Part shown: piece after piece, positions 30,601 to 45,983 of the stretch | Position numbering within the stretch: position 1 is the first letter of the stretch | Layout: each line of letters opens with the position of its first letter | Assembly: GCF_009914755.1 (NCBI RefSeq) | Contig: NC_060940.1 | Source of the DNA: the human T2T-CHM13v2.0 reference genome, Homo sapiens | DNA length: 64,000 nt | Direction: 5' to 3' (one strand) | Translations under genes and position numbers: made by a program | Notes under the pieces: model-generated | The model's input: the letters and a program-made list of their open reading frames with translations, nothing else | Told to the model about the DNA's origin: nothing | Database searches by the model: none

Positions 30601-33600
30601 TTGACAATTTGATTCCATTCGATGATGATTTCATTTGAGTTCATTCGATGATTCTATTCGATTCTCTTCGATGGTGATTCAATTCTATTATATTGGATGA
30701 TTCCATTCGATTCCATTTGATGTTGATTCAATTCGATTCTATTCGATGATGATTCCATTGGATTTCACTTGATGATTCTATTCGATTCCATTCAATGATG
30801 ATTCACTTCTCGTCCATTGGATGATTCCATTTCATTCCATTCGATGATGATTCCATTCGATTCCATTCGATGATTCCATTTGATTCCATGCGACGGTGAG
30901 CAATTCGATTCAATTCCATGATGATTCTATTTGATTCAATTAGATGATGTTTCCATTCGAATCCATTCCATGATTATTCCATTGGAATCCATTCGGCGAT
31001 GATTCCATATGAGTCAATTCAATGATGATTCCATATGGGTCCGTTCGATGATAATTCCATTTGATTTCATTCGATGCTTCTATTCTATTCCAGTCGATGA
31101 TGATTCCGTTGGAGTCCATACGATGATTCCATTTGATTTCATTTGATGATGATTCCATTCGATGATGATTACATTGGATTCCATTCTATGATTCCATTCA
31201 ATTCCATTCGTTGATGATTCGATTCCATTCAATGATGATTCCATTTGAGTTCATTCGATGATTCTATTCGATTCCGTTCGATGGTGATTCAATTCTATTA
31301 TATTGGATGATTCCACTCGATTCTATTTGATGATTATTCCATTGGAGTCCACTTAGTGAATCCTTTAGATTCTACTCGACGATGATTCCATTCGAGTCCA
31401 TCGATGATACCATTCAATTCCATTCGTTGATGCTTCCATTCAAGTGCATTCGATGATATCATTCGATTCCATTTGATGATAATTCCATTTGATTCCATGC
31501 GATGATTCTATTCGATTCCATTCAATGATAATTCCATTCAATTCAGTGATTCCTCTGGACTCCATTTGATGATGATTCCATTCAATGATTCCATTCGATT
31601 CTATTCGAAAATGATTCCATTTGAATCCATTTGATGATGATTCCATTAGATTCCATTTGATGATTCCATTCGATTCCATTCGACGATGATTCCATTCGAT
31701 TCCGTTTGATGGTACCATTCTATTCTATTCGATGATGATTCCATTCGATTCCATTCAATGATGATTGGATTCGATTCCATTTGATGATTTCATTTGATTC
31801 CATTCGTTAATGATTTCGATCAATTCCATTCGATGATTCCATTCGATTCCATTCGATAATGATTACATCCGAGTCCATTCGATGATTCCCTTTGAGCCTG
31901 TTCGATAATTCCATTTGAGTCCAACCAATGATTCCATTCATTTCCATTCAATGATTCCATTCGAGTCCATTTGATCATTCCGGTAGGGTCCATTCGATGT
32001 TGATTCCATTGGAGTGCATTCGATGATTCCATTCGAGTCCATTTTAGGATTTGATTCGAGTCCTTTCGATGATTCCATTCGATTCCACTCGATGATGATT
32101 TCATTCGAGTCCATTCGACACTTCCAATCGATTCCATTTGATGATTCCATTCGAGTCCAATTGATGATTCCATTCAATTCCATTCGATGATGATTCCGTA
32201 CGATTCCATTCTGTGATGATTCCATGTGATTGCATTCAATGATGATTCCTTTCGATTGCATTCGATTATGATTCATTTCGTGTTCATTCTATGGTTCCAC
32301 AGGTTTCCATTCGTGTCCATTCCATTATTCCATTCTATTCCATTTGATGATGATTCCATTCGACTCCATTCATTGGTGATTCCACTCAATTCCATTTAAT
32401 GATTCCATTCCATTTCTTTCAACAATGATTCCATTAGTTTCTAATCGATGATCCACTTGATTCCATTTGACGACGATTCCATTCTTGTCCATTCGATGAT
32501 TCCATTTGATTCCATATGATGATGATTCCATTCGATTCCATACCATGATGATTCCATTCGAGTCCATTCAATGGTGATTCCATTCAATTCCATTCGATGA
32601 TTCCTTTCGATTCCATTCGATGATGATGGCATTCGATTCCTTTCAATCATTCCCTTTGATTCCATTCAAAGGTGATTTCATTCAAGTCCATTCGATAATT
32701 GCATTCGATTCCATTCTATGATGATTCCATTCGAGTCCATTTGATGATTCCATTCAATTCAAGTCAATGATGATTCCATTCGATTCCATTCGATGATTCC
32801 ATTGGATTCCATTCGATGATGATTCCATTCAAATCCATTCGATAATTCAATTCAAGTCCATTCGATGATGATTCCAATCGAATCCATTCAAAGATTCCAT
32901 TCAGTTCCATTCGATGATTCCCTTAGATTCCATTCGATGATTCCACTTGATTGCATTTACGATGATTCCATTCGATTCCATGTGATGATTCCATTCAATT
33001 GTATTCAATGATGTCTCCATTTGATTCCATTCGACCATGATTGCCTTTGATTCCATTCAATGATTCCATTCGGTTCCGTTTGATGATGATTCCGTTCGAT
33101 TCCATTTGATGATTCCATTTGATTCCATTGGATGGGTCCATTCGATTACATTCGATGATTATTCCATTCGAGTGCATTAGATGATTCCATTCGAGTCCAT
33201 TCGATGATTCCATTCGATTCCATTCGTTGTTGATTCTGTTCAAATCCATTCGATGATTCCACTCGATTCCATTCGTTGACTCCATTTGATCCCATTCGAT
33301 GATTTCCTTTGATTCCCTTTGATGATCATTCCATTTGATTCAATTCGGTGATTTCATTTGATTCCATTCAGTGATGTTTCCATTCGACTCCATTCGATGA
33401 TGATTCCATTCGACTCCATTCGATTATTATTTCATTCAATTCCATTCGATAATGATTCCCTTCGAGTCCATTCGATGATTCCATTCGATTCCATTCAACG
33501 ATGATTTGATTCGTGTCCATTCGATGATTCCATTTGATTCCACTTGATGATGATTCCATTCGAGTCCATTTGATGATTCCATTCAATTCCATACTCCGAT

Positions 33601-33733
33601 GATTTCTTTTGAGCCCACTCAATGCTTCCACTCGATTCCATATGATGATGACTCCATTCGATGAAATTCGATGATGATTCCATTCGCTTGCTTTCGATGA
33701 TGATTCCACTTGAGTCCGTTAGAAGATTCTATT
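27626..33733 (+). repeat. Unit 6: 6108 bp (6112 -3 -1)
   Basis: One GAT lost near 29902 and one T lost near 31401. Confidence 0.9.
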
Positions 33734-36700
33734 CAATTACATTCCATGACGATTCCGTTCGAGTCCATTTGATGATTCCATTAGACTCCATTCGACGATG
33801 ATTCCATTCGATGTTATTCGATGATTCCATTCGATCTCATTCGATGATGATTCCATTCAACTCCATTCGATGTTTCCATTCGAGTTCATTCTATTATTCC
33901 ATTAGATTCCATTCGATGATGATTCCATTCGATTCCATTTGATGATTGCATTCTATTTCATTTGATGATGATTCCATTCGAGTCCACTCGATGATTCCAT
34001 TCGAGTCCATTTAATGAATCCATTGGTTTCAATTCTATGATGATTACATTGGATTCCATTCGTTGATGATTTCATTCGGTTCCATTCAATGATGATTCCA
34101 TTCAATTCCTTTCAATGTTTCCATTCAATTCCATACGATGATGATTCCATTTGATTTGATTCGACAGTGAGCCATTCGATTCAATTCCATGATGATTCTA
34201 TTTGATTCAATTGGTTGAAATTTCCATTCGATTCCATTCGATGATGATTCCCTTTGATTCCGTTCAAAGATGATTCCATTCTAGCCCATTCAATCATTCC
34301 ATTCGATTCTATTCAATGATGATTCCATTCATGTCGATTTGGTGATTCCATTTGACTTCATTTGATGATGATTCCTTTCAAGTTCATTAGATGATTCCAT
34401 TCGATTCCATTTGATGATGATCCCATTCGAGTCCATTCAGTGATTCCATTCGTTTCCATTCCATGATGATTCCATTCCTTTCCATTCAATGATTCCATTC
34501 GATTCCGTTTGATGATGATTTCATTCGAGTCCATTTGATGATTCCATTTGATTCCATTCGATGATGATTCCATTCGAGTCCATTCGATGATTCTATTCGA
34601 ATCCATTTGATGATTTCTTTTGATTATATTTGGTGATGATTCCATTGGAGTCCATTCAATGATTCCATTCTATTCCAATCGATGATGATTCCATTAGAGT
34701 CCATTTAATGATTCCATTTGATTCCAGTCTCTGATGATTACATTCGAGTCCATACGATGATTCCACTCAATTCCATATGATGATGATTCCATTTGATTCC
34801 ATTCGGTGATTCCATTCTATTCTATTCAATGGTGATTCCATTCGAGTACATTAGATGATTCCATTCGATTCCATTCAATGATGATTCTATTTGTGTCCCT
34901 TAGATGATTCCACATGATTCCATTACATGATGATACTATTTGAGCCCATCCAATGATTCCCTTCGATTCCATTCGATGAGGATTCCATTCGATTCAATTC
35001 ATTGGTGATTCTATTCAATTCAATTCTTTGATTCCATTCCATTCCATTCGACAATGATTCCATTCGATTTCTTTCGATGATTCCACTCGATTCCACTTGA
35101 CATTGATTCCATTCGATTCCATTCAATGATTCCATTTGATTCCAGTGGATGATGATTGCCATCGATTCCATTCGATCACTCCATTCTATTCCATTTGATG
35201 ATGATTACATTCGATTCCATTTGATGATTCCATCTGATTCTATTCGAGGATTCCATTTGATTCCATTCGATGATGATTCCATTCGAGTCCATTCGATGAT
35301 TTCATTCCAGTACATCCAATGATTCCATTCGAGTCCATTAGATGATTCCATTTGATTCCATTTGAAAATGATTCTACTAGAGTCCATTCAATGACTCCAT
35401 TCGAGTCCATTCAACAATTCCATTCGACTCCATTCGATGATTCCATTCGATTCCATTTGATGGTTCCATTCGAGTCCATTTAATCATTACAGTCGAGTCC
35501 ATTTGGTGATTCCACTGGATTTCTTTTGATAATGATACCATTCAATTACATTTGATGATGATCCCATTCAACTTCATTTGATGATGATTCCATTAGAGTC
35601 CATTCGATGATTTCATTCGAGTCCCTTCATTGATTCCATCCGATTTCATTGGATGATGACTCCATTCGAGTCCATTCGATGATTCCACTCGATTCCATTA
35701 GATGACTCCATTGGAGTCCATTTGATTGTTCCATTCGATTCCATTCGATTCCTTTCGAAGATTATTCCATTTGAGTCCATTCGATGATGATTCCATTCCA
35801 TTCCATTCGATGATTCCGTTTGATTCCATTCGATGATTCCCTTCGATTCCTTTCTTTGATGATTCCATTCCATTCCATTCAATGATTCCATTCGAATCTA
35901 TTCCATGATGATTCCTTTCGATTCCATTCGCTGATGTTTCCGTTCAATTCCATTCGATGATGATTCCATTCGATTCCATTCATTGAGGATTCCATTTGAT
36001 TCCATTAAATGATGATTCCGTTCTATTCCATTCAATGATTGCATTCAATTCCATTCAATGATTATCCCCTTAGAGTAAACTCAACGATTCCATTCAATAC
36101 CATTCGATGATGATTCCTTTTGAGTCCATTCAATGATTTCATTCAAGTCCATTTGATGATTCCTTTCAATTCCATTCTATGATGATTCCATTCGAGTCCA
36201 TTCGATGATTCCATTCGATTGCATTCGATGATTCCATTATATTACATTCAACGGTGATTCCATTCGAGTCCATTCCATGATTCCATTAGAGTACATTTAA
36301 TGATTGCTTTGTTTTCAATTCGAAGATGAGTACATTGGATTCCATTCTATGATACCATTCGATTCCATTCAATGATGATTCCACTCAAATCCATTGGATG
36401 ATTCCATTCGTGTCCATTCGGTGATTTCATTAGATTCCATTCGAGGATGATTCCATTCGATTCCATTCGATGATTCCATTCAATTCCATTCGATGATGAT
36501 TCCATTCCAGTCCATATGATCATTCCATTTGATTTCATTCGATGATGATTCCATTCGATTCCTTTCGACGATTCCATTCTATTCCATTCGATGATGATTC
36601 CATTCGAGTCCATTCGATGATTCCATTCGAGTCCATTTAATGATTCCATTGGGTTCAATTCAATGATGATTACATTGGATTCCGTTCTATGATTCCATTC

Positions 36701-39700
36701 AATTCCATTCATTGACAATTTGATTCCATTCGATGATGATTCCATTTGAGTTCATTCGATGATTCTATTCGATTCTCTTCGATGGTGATTCAATTCTATT
36801 ATATTGGATGATTCCATTCGATTCCATTTGATGTTGATTCAATTCGATTCTATTCGATGATGATTCCATTGGATTTCACTTGATGAATCTATTCGATTCC
36901 ATTCAATGATGATTCACTTCTCGTCCATTGGATGATTCCATTTCATTCCATTCGATGATGATTCCATTCGATTCCATTCGATGATTCCATTTGATTCCAT
37001 GCGACGGTGAGCAATTCGATTCAATTCCATGATGATTCTATTTGATTCAATTAGATGATGTTTCCATTCGAATCCATTCCATGATTATTCCATTGGAATC
37101 CATTCGGCGATGATTCCATATGAGTCAATTCAATGATGATTCCATATGGGTCCGTTCGATGATAATTCCATTTGATTTCATTCGATGCTTCTATTCTATT
37201 CCAGTCGATGATGATTCCGTTGGTGTCCATACGATGATTCCATTTGATTTCATTTGATGATGATTCCATTCGATGATGATTACATTGGATTCCATTCTAT
37301 GATTCCATTCAATTCCATTCGTTGATGATTCGATTCCATTCAATGATGATTCCATTTGAGTTCATTCGATGATTCTATTCGATTCCGTTCGATGGTGATT
37401 CAATTCTATTATATTGGATGATTCCACTCGATTCCATTTGATGATTATTCCATTGGAGTCCACTTAGTGAATCCTTTAGATTCTACTCGACGATGATTCC
37501 ATTCGAGTCCATTCGATGATACCATTCAATTCCATTCGTTGATGCTTCCATTCAAGTGCATTCGATGATATCATTCGATTCCATTTGATGATAATTCCAT
37601 TTGATTCCATGCGATGATTCTATTCGATTCCATTCAATGATAATTCCATTCAATTCAGTGATTCCTCTGGACTCCATTTGATGATGATTCCATTCAATGA
37701 TTCCATTCGATTCTATTCGAAAATGATTCCATTTGAATCCATTTGATGATGATTCCATTAGATTCCATTTGATGATTCCATTCGATTCGATTCGACGATG
37801 ATTCCATTCGATTCCGTTTGATGATTCCATTCTATTCTATTCGATGATGATTCCATTCGATTCCATTCGATGATGATTGGATTCGATTCCATTTGATGAT
37901 TTCATTTGATTCCATTCGTTAATGATTTCGATCAATTCCATTCGATGATTCCATTCGATTCCATTCGATAATGATTACATCCGAGTCCATTCGATGATTC
38001 CATTTGAGCCCGTTCGATAATTCCATTTGAGTCCAACCAATGATTCCACTCATTTCCATTCAATGATTCCATTCGAGTCCATTTGATCATTCCGGTAGGG
38101 TCCATTCGATGTTGATTCCATTGGAGTGCATTCGATGATTCCATTCGAGTCCATTTTAGGATTTGATTCGAGTCCTTTCGATGATTCCATTCGATTCCAC
38201 TCGATGATGATTTCATTCGAGTCCATTCGACACTTCCAATCGATTCCATTTGATGATTCCATTCGAGTCCAATTGATGATTCCATTCAATTCCATTCGAT
38301 GATGATTCCGTACGATTCCATTCTGTGATGATTCCATGTGATTGCATTCAATGATGATTCCTTTCGATTGCATTCGATTATGATTCATTTCGTGTTCATT
38401 CTATGGTTCCACAGGTTTCCATTCGTGTCCATTCCATTATTCCATTCTATTCCATTTGATGATGATTCCATTCGATTCCATTCATTGGTGATTCCACTCA
38501 ATTCCATTCAATGATTCCATTCCATTTCTTTCAACAATGATTCCATTAGTTTCTAATCGATGATCCACTTGATTCCATTTGACGACGATTCCATTCTTGT
38601 CCATTCGATGATTCCATTTGATTCCATATGATGATGATTCCATTCGATTCCATACCATGATGATTCCATTCGAGTCCATTCAATGGTGATTCCATTCAAT
38701 TCCATTCGATGATTCCTTTCGATTCCATTCGATGATGATGGCATTCGATTCCTTTCAATCATTCCCTTTGATTCCATTCAAAGGTGATTTCATTCAAGTC
38801 CATTCGATAATTGCATTCGATTCCATTCTATGATGATTCCATTCGAGTCCATTTGATGATTCCATTCAATTCAAGTCAATGATGATTCCATTCGATTCCA
38901 TTCGATGATTCCATTGGATTCCATTCGATGATGATTCCATTCAAATCCATTCGATAATTCAATTCAAGTCCATTCGATGATGATTCCAATCGAATCCATT
39001 CAAAGATTCCATTCAGTTCCATTCGATGATTCCCTTAGATTCCATTCGATGATTCCACTTGATTCCATTTACGATGATTCCATTCGATTCCATGTGATGA
39101 TTCCATTCAATTCTATTCAATGATGTATCCATTTGATTCCATTCGACCATGATTGCCTTTGATTCCATTCAATGATTCCATTCGGTTCCGTTTGATGATG
39201 ATTCCGTTCGATTCCATTTGATGATTCCATTTGATTCCATTGGATGAGTCCATTCGATTACATTCGATGATTATTCCATTCGAGTGCATTAGATGATTCC
39301 ATTCGAGTCCATTCGATGATTCCATTCGATTCCATTCGATGTTGATTCTGTTCAAATCCATTCGATGATTCCACTCGATTCCATTCGTTGACTCCATTTG
39401 ATCCCATTCGATGATTTCCTTTGATTCCCTTTGATGATCATTCCATTTGATTCAATTCGGTGATTTCATTTGATTCCATTCAGTGATGTTTCCATTCGAC
39501 TCCATTCGATGATGATTCCATTCGACTCCATTCGATTATGATTTCATTCAATTCCATTCGATAATGATTCCCTTCGAGTCCATTCGATGATTCCATTCGA
39601 TTCCATTCAACGATGATTTGATTCGTGTCCATTCGATGATTCCATTTGATTCCACTTGATGATGATTCCATTCGAGTCCATTTGATGATTCCATTCAATT

Positions 39701-39845
39701 CCATACTCCGATGATTTCTTTTGAGCCCACTCAATGCTTCCACTCGATTACATATGATGATGACTCCATTCGATGAAATTCGATGATGATTCCATTCGCT
39801 TGCTTTCGATGATGATTCCACTTGAGTCCGTTTGAAGATTCTATT
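33734..39845 (+). repeat. Unit 7: canonical-length 6112-bp unit
   Basis: Landmark spacing is 6112; ORF-track paralogues at 34923 and 41035 are 6112 apart. Confidence 0.93.
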
Positions 39846-42800
39846 CAATTACATTCCATGACGATTCCGTTCGAGTCCATTTGATGATTCCATTAGACTC
39901 CATTCGACGATGATTCCATTCGATGTTATTCGATGATTCCATTCGATCTCATTCGATGATGATTCCATTCAACTCCATTCGATGTTTCCATTCGAGTTCA
40001 TTCTATTATTCCATTAGATTCCATTCGATGATGATTCCATTCGATTCCATTTAATGATTGCATTCTATTTCATTTGATGATGATTCCATTCGAGTCCACT
40101 CGATGATTCCATTCGAGTCCATTTAATGAATCCATTGGTTTCAATTCTATGATGATTACATTGGATTCCATTCGTTGATGATTTCATTCGGTTCCTTTCA
40201 ATGATGATTCCATTCAATTCCTTTCAATGTTTCCATTCAATTCCATACGATGATGATTCCATTTGATTTGATTCGACAGTGAGCCATTCGATTCAATTCC
40301 ATGATGATTCTATTTGATTCAATTGGTTGACATTTCCATTCGATTCCATTCGATGATGATTCCCTTTGATTCCGTTCAAAGATGATTCCATTCTAGCCCA
40401 TTCAATCATTCCATTCGATTCTATTCAATGATGATTCCATTCATGTCGATTTGGTGATTCCATTTGACTTCATTTGATGATGATTCCTTTCAAGTTCATT
40501 AGATGATTCCATTCGATTCCGTTTGATGATGATCCCATTCGAGTCTATTCAGTGATTCCATTCGTTTCCATTCCATGATGATTCCATTCCATTCTATTCA
40601 ATGATTCCATTCGATTCCGTTTGATGATGATTTCATTCGAGTCCATTTGATGATTCCATTTGATTCCATGCGATGATGATTCCATTCGAGTCCATTCGAT
40701 GATTCTATTCGAATCCATTTGATGATTTCTTTTGATTATAGTTGGTGATGATTCCATTGGAGTCCATTCAATGATTCCATTCTATTCCAATCGATGATGA
40801 TTCCATTAGAGTCCATTTAATGATTCCATTTGATTCCAGTCTCTGATGATTACATTCGAGTCCATACGATGATTCCACTCAATTCCATATGATGATGATT
40901 CCATTTGATTCCATTCGGTGATTCCATTCTATTCTATTCAATGGTGATTCCATTCGAGTATATTAGATGATTCCATTCGATTCCATTCAATGATGATTCT
41001 ATTTGTGTCCCTTAGATGATTCCACATGATTCCATTAGATGATGATACTATTTGAGCCCATCCAATGATTCCCTTCGATTCCATTCGATGAGGATTCCAT
41101 TCGATTCAATTCATTGGTGATTCTATTCAATTCAATTCTTTGATTCCATTCCATTCCATTCGACAATGATTCCATTCGATTTCTTTCGATGATTCCACTC
41201 GATTCCACTTGACATTGATTCCATTCGATTCCATTCAATGATTCCATTTGATTCCAGTGGATGATGATTGCCATCGATTCCATTCGATCACTCCATTCTA
41301 TTCCATTTGATGATGATTACATTCGATTCCATTTGATGATTCCATCTGATTCTATTCGAGGATTCCATTTGATTCCATTCGATGATGATTCCATTCGAGT
41401 CCATTCGATGATTTCATTCGAGTACATCCAATGATTCCATTCGAGTCCATTAGATGATTCCATTTGATTCCATTTGAAAATGATTCTACTAGAGTCCATT
41501 CAATGACTCCATTCGAGTCCATTCAACAATTCCATTCGACTCCATTCGATGATTCCATTCGATTCCATTTGATGGTTCCATTCGAGTCCATTTAATCATT
41601 ACAGTCGAGTCCATTTGGTGATTCCACTGGATTTCTTTTGATAATGATACCATTCAATTACATTTGATGATGATCCCATTCAATTTCATTTGATGATGAT
41701 TCCATTAGAGTCCATTCGATGATTTCATTCGAGTCCCTTCATTGATTCCATCCGATTTCATTGGATGATGACTCCATTCGAGTCCATTCGATGATTCCAC
41801 TCGATTCCATTAGATGACTCCATTGGAGTCCATTTGATTGTTCCATTCGATTCCATTCGATTCCTTTCGAAGATTATTCCATTTGAGTCCATTCGATGAT
41901 GATTCCATTCCATTCCATTCGATGATTCCGTTTGATTCCATTCGATGATTCCCTTCGATTCCTTTCTTTGATGATTCCATTCCATTCCATTCAATGATTC
42001 CATTCGAATCTATTCCATGATGATTCCTTTCGATTCCATTCGCTGATGTTTCCGTTCAATTCCATTCGATGATGATTCCATTCGATTCCATTCATTGAGG
42101 ATTCCATTTGATTCCATTCAATGATGATTCCATTCTATTCCATTCAATGATTGCATTCAATTCCATTCAATGATTATCCCATTAGAGTAAACTCAACGAT
42201 TCCATTCAATACCATTCGATGATGATTCCTTTTGAGTCCATTCAATGATTTCATTCAAGTCCATTTGATGATTCCTTTCAATTCCATTCTATGATGATTC
42301 CATTCGAGTCCATTCGATGATTCCATTCGATTGCATTCGATGATTCCATTATATTCCATTCAACGGTGATTCCATTCGAGTCCATTCCATGATTCCATTA
42401 GAGTACATTTAATGATTGCTTTGTTTTCAATTCGAAGATGATTACATTGGATTCCATTCTATGATACCATTCGATTCCATTCAATGATGATTCCACTCAA
42501 ATCCATTGGATGATTCCATTCGTGTCCATTCGGTGATTTCATTAGATTCCATTCGAGGATGATTCCATTCGATTCCATTCGATGATTCCATTCAATTCCA
42601 TTCGATGATGATTCCATTCAATTCCATTCGATGATGATTCCATTCCAGTCCATATGATCATTCCATTTGATTTCATTCGATGATGTTTCCATTCGATTCC
42701 ATTCGATGATTCCATTCTATTCCATTCGATGATGATTCCATTCGAGTCCATTCGATGATTCCATTCGAGTCCATTTAATGATTCCATTGGGTTCAATTCA

Positions 42801-45800
42801 ATGATGATTACATTGGATTCCGTTCTATGATTCCATTCAATTCCGTTCATTGACAATTTGATTCCATTCGATGATGATTCCATTTGAGTTCATTCGATGA
42901 TTCTATTCGATTCTCTTCGATGGTGATTCAATTCTATTATATTGGATGATTCCATTCGATTCCATTTGATGTTGATTCAATTCGATTCTATTCGATGATG
43001 ATTCCATTGGATTTCACTTGATGATTCTATTCGATTCCATTCAATGATGATTCACTTCTCGTCCATTGGATGATTCCATTTCATTCCATTCGATGATGAT
43101 TCCATTCGATTCCATTCGATGATTCCATTTGATTCCATGCGACGGTGAGCAATTCGATTCAATTCCATGATGATTCTATTTGATTCAATTAGATGATGTT
43201 TCCATTCGAATCCATTCCATGATTATTCCATTGGAATCCATTCGGTGATGATTCCATATGAGTCAATTCAATGATGATTCCATATGGGTCCGTTCGATGA
43301 TAATTCCATTTGATTTCATTCGATGCTTCTATTCTATTCCAGTCGATGATGATTCCGTTGGAGTCCATACGATGATTCCATTTGATTTCATTTGATGATG
43401 ATTCCATTCGATGATGATTACATTGGATTCCATTCTATGATTCCATTCAATTCCATTCGTTGATGATTCGATTCCATTCAATGATGATTCCATTTGAGTT
43501 CATTCGATGATTCTATTCGATTCCGTTCGATGGTGATTCAATTCTCTTATATTGGATGATTCCACTCGATTCCATTTGATGATTATTCCATTGGAGTCCA
43601 CTTAGTGAATCCTTTAGATTCTACTCGACGATGATTCCATTCGAGTCCATTCGATGATACCATTCAATTCCATTCGTTGATGCTTCCATTCAAGTGCATT
43701 TGATGATATCATTCGATTCCATTTGATGATAATTCCATTTGATTCCATGCGATGATTCTATTCGATTCCTTTCAATGATAATTCCATTCAATTCAGTGAT
43801 TCCTCTGGACTCCATTTGATGATGATTCCATTCAATGATTCCATTCGATTCTATTCGAAAATGATTCCATTTGAATCCATTTGATGATGATTCCATTAGA
43901 TTCCATTTGATGATTCCATTCGATTCCATTCGACGATGATTCCATTCGATTCCGTTTGATGATTCCATTCTATTCTATTCGATGATGATTCCATTCGATT
44001 CCATTCGATGATGATTGGATTCGATTCCATTTGATGATTTCATTTGATTCCATTCGTTAATGATTTCGATCAATTCCATTCGATGATTCCATTCGATTCC
44101 ATTCGATAATGATTACATCCGAGTCCATTCGATGATTCCCTTTGAGCCTGTTCGATAATTCCATTTGAGTCCAACCAATGATTCCATTCATTTCCATTCA
44201 ATGATTCCATTCGAGTCCATTTGATCATTCCGGTAGGGTCCATTCGATGTTGATTCCATTGGAGTGCATTCGATGATTCCATTCGAGTCCATTTTAGGAT
44301 TTGATTCGAGTCCTTTCGATGATTCCATTCGATTCCACTCGATGATGATTTCATTCGAGTCCATTCGACACTTCCAATCGATTCCATTTGATGATTCCAT
44401 TCGACTCCAATTGATGATTCCATTCAATTCCATTCGATGATGATTCCGTACGATTCCATTCTGTGATGATTCCATGTGATTGCATTCAATGATGATTCCT
44501 TTCGATTGCATTCGATTATGATTCATTTCGTGTTCATTCTATGGTTCCACAGGTTTCCATTCGTGTCCATTCCATTATTCCATTCTATTCCATTTGATGA
44601 TGATTCCATTCGATTCCATTCATTGGTGATTCCACTCAATTCCATTCAATGATTCCATTCCATTTCTTTCAACAATGATTCCATTAGTTTCTAATCGATG
44701 ATCCACTTGATTCCATTTGACGACGATTCCATTCTTGTCCATTCGATGATTCCATTTGATTCCATATGATGATGATTCCATTCGATTCCATACCATGATG
44801 ATTCCATTCGAGTCCATTCAATGGTGATTCCATTCAATTCCATTCGATGATTCCTTTTGATTCCATTCGATGATGATGGCATTCGATTCCTTTCAATCAT
44901 TCCCTTTGATTCCATTCAAAGGTGATTTCATTCAAGTCCATTCGATAATTGCATTCGATTCCATTCTATGATGATTCCATTCGAGTCCATTTGATGATTC
45001 CATTCAATTCAAGTCAATGATGATTCCATTCGATTCCATTCGATGATTCCATTGGATTCCATTCGATGATGATTCCATTCAAATCCATTCGATAATTCAA
45101 TTCAAGTCCATTCGATGATGATTCCAATCGAATCCATTCAAAGATTCCATTCAGTTCCATTCGATGATTCCCTTAGATTCCATTCGATGATTCCACTTGA
45201 TTGCATTTACGATGATTCCATTCGATTCCATGTGATGATTCCATTCAATTCTATTCAATGATGTCTCCATTTGATTCCATTCGACCATGATTGCCTTTGA
45301 TTCCATTCAATGATTCCATTCGGTTCCTTTTGATGATGATTCCGTTCGATTCCATTTGATGATTCCATTTGATTCCATTGGATGAGTCCATTCGATTACA
45401 TTCGATGATTATTCCATTCGAGTGCATTAGATGATTCCATTCGAGTCCATTCGATGATTCCATTCGATTCCATTCGATGTTGATTCTGTTCAAATCCATT
45501 CGATGATTCCACTCGATTCCATTCGTTGACTCCATTTGATCCCATTCGATGATTTCCTTTGATTCCCTTTGATGATCATTCCATTTGATTCAATTCGGTG
45601 ATTTCATTTGATTCCATTCAGTGATGTTTCCATTCGACTCCATTCGATGATGATTCCATTCGACTCCATTCGATTATGATTTCATTCAATTCCATTCGAT
45701 AATGATTCCCTTCGAGTCCATTCGATGATTCCATTCGATTCCATTCAACGATGATTTGATTCGTGTCCATTCGATGATTCCATTTGATTCCACTTGATGA

Positions 45801-45983
45801 TGATTCCATTCCAGTCCATTTGATGATTCCATTCAATTCCATACTCCGATGATTTCTTTTGAGCCCACTCAATGCTTCCACTCGATTCCATATGATGATG
45901 ACTCCATTCGATGAAATTCGATGATGATTCCATTCGCTTGCTTTCGATGATGATTCCACTTGAGTCCGTTAGAAGATTCTATT
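39846..45983 (+). repeat. Unit 8: 6138 bp (6112 +26)
   Basis: GATTCCATTCAATTCCATTCGATGAT perfectly duplicated at 42584-42635. Confidence 0.92.

Noticed and set aside
9241-45983. A 12.2-kb dimer within the central block
   Set aside because: Some SNVs pair units 4/6 and 5/7, but others conflict; there is no consistent alternation like that in the right-hand block.
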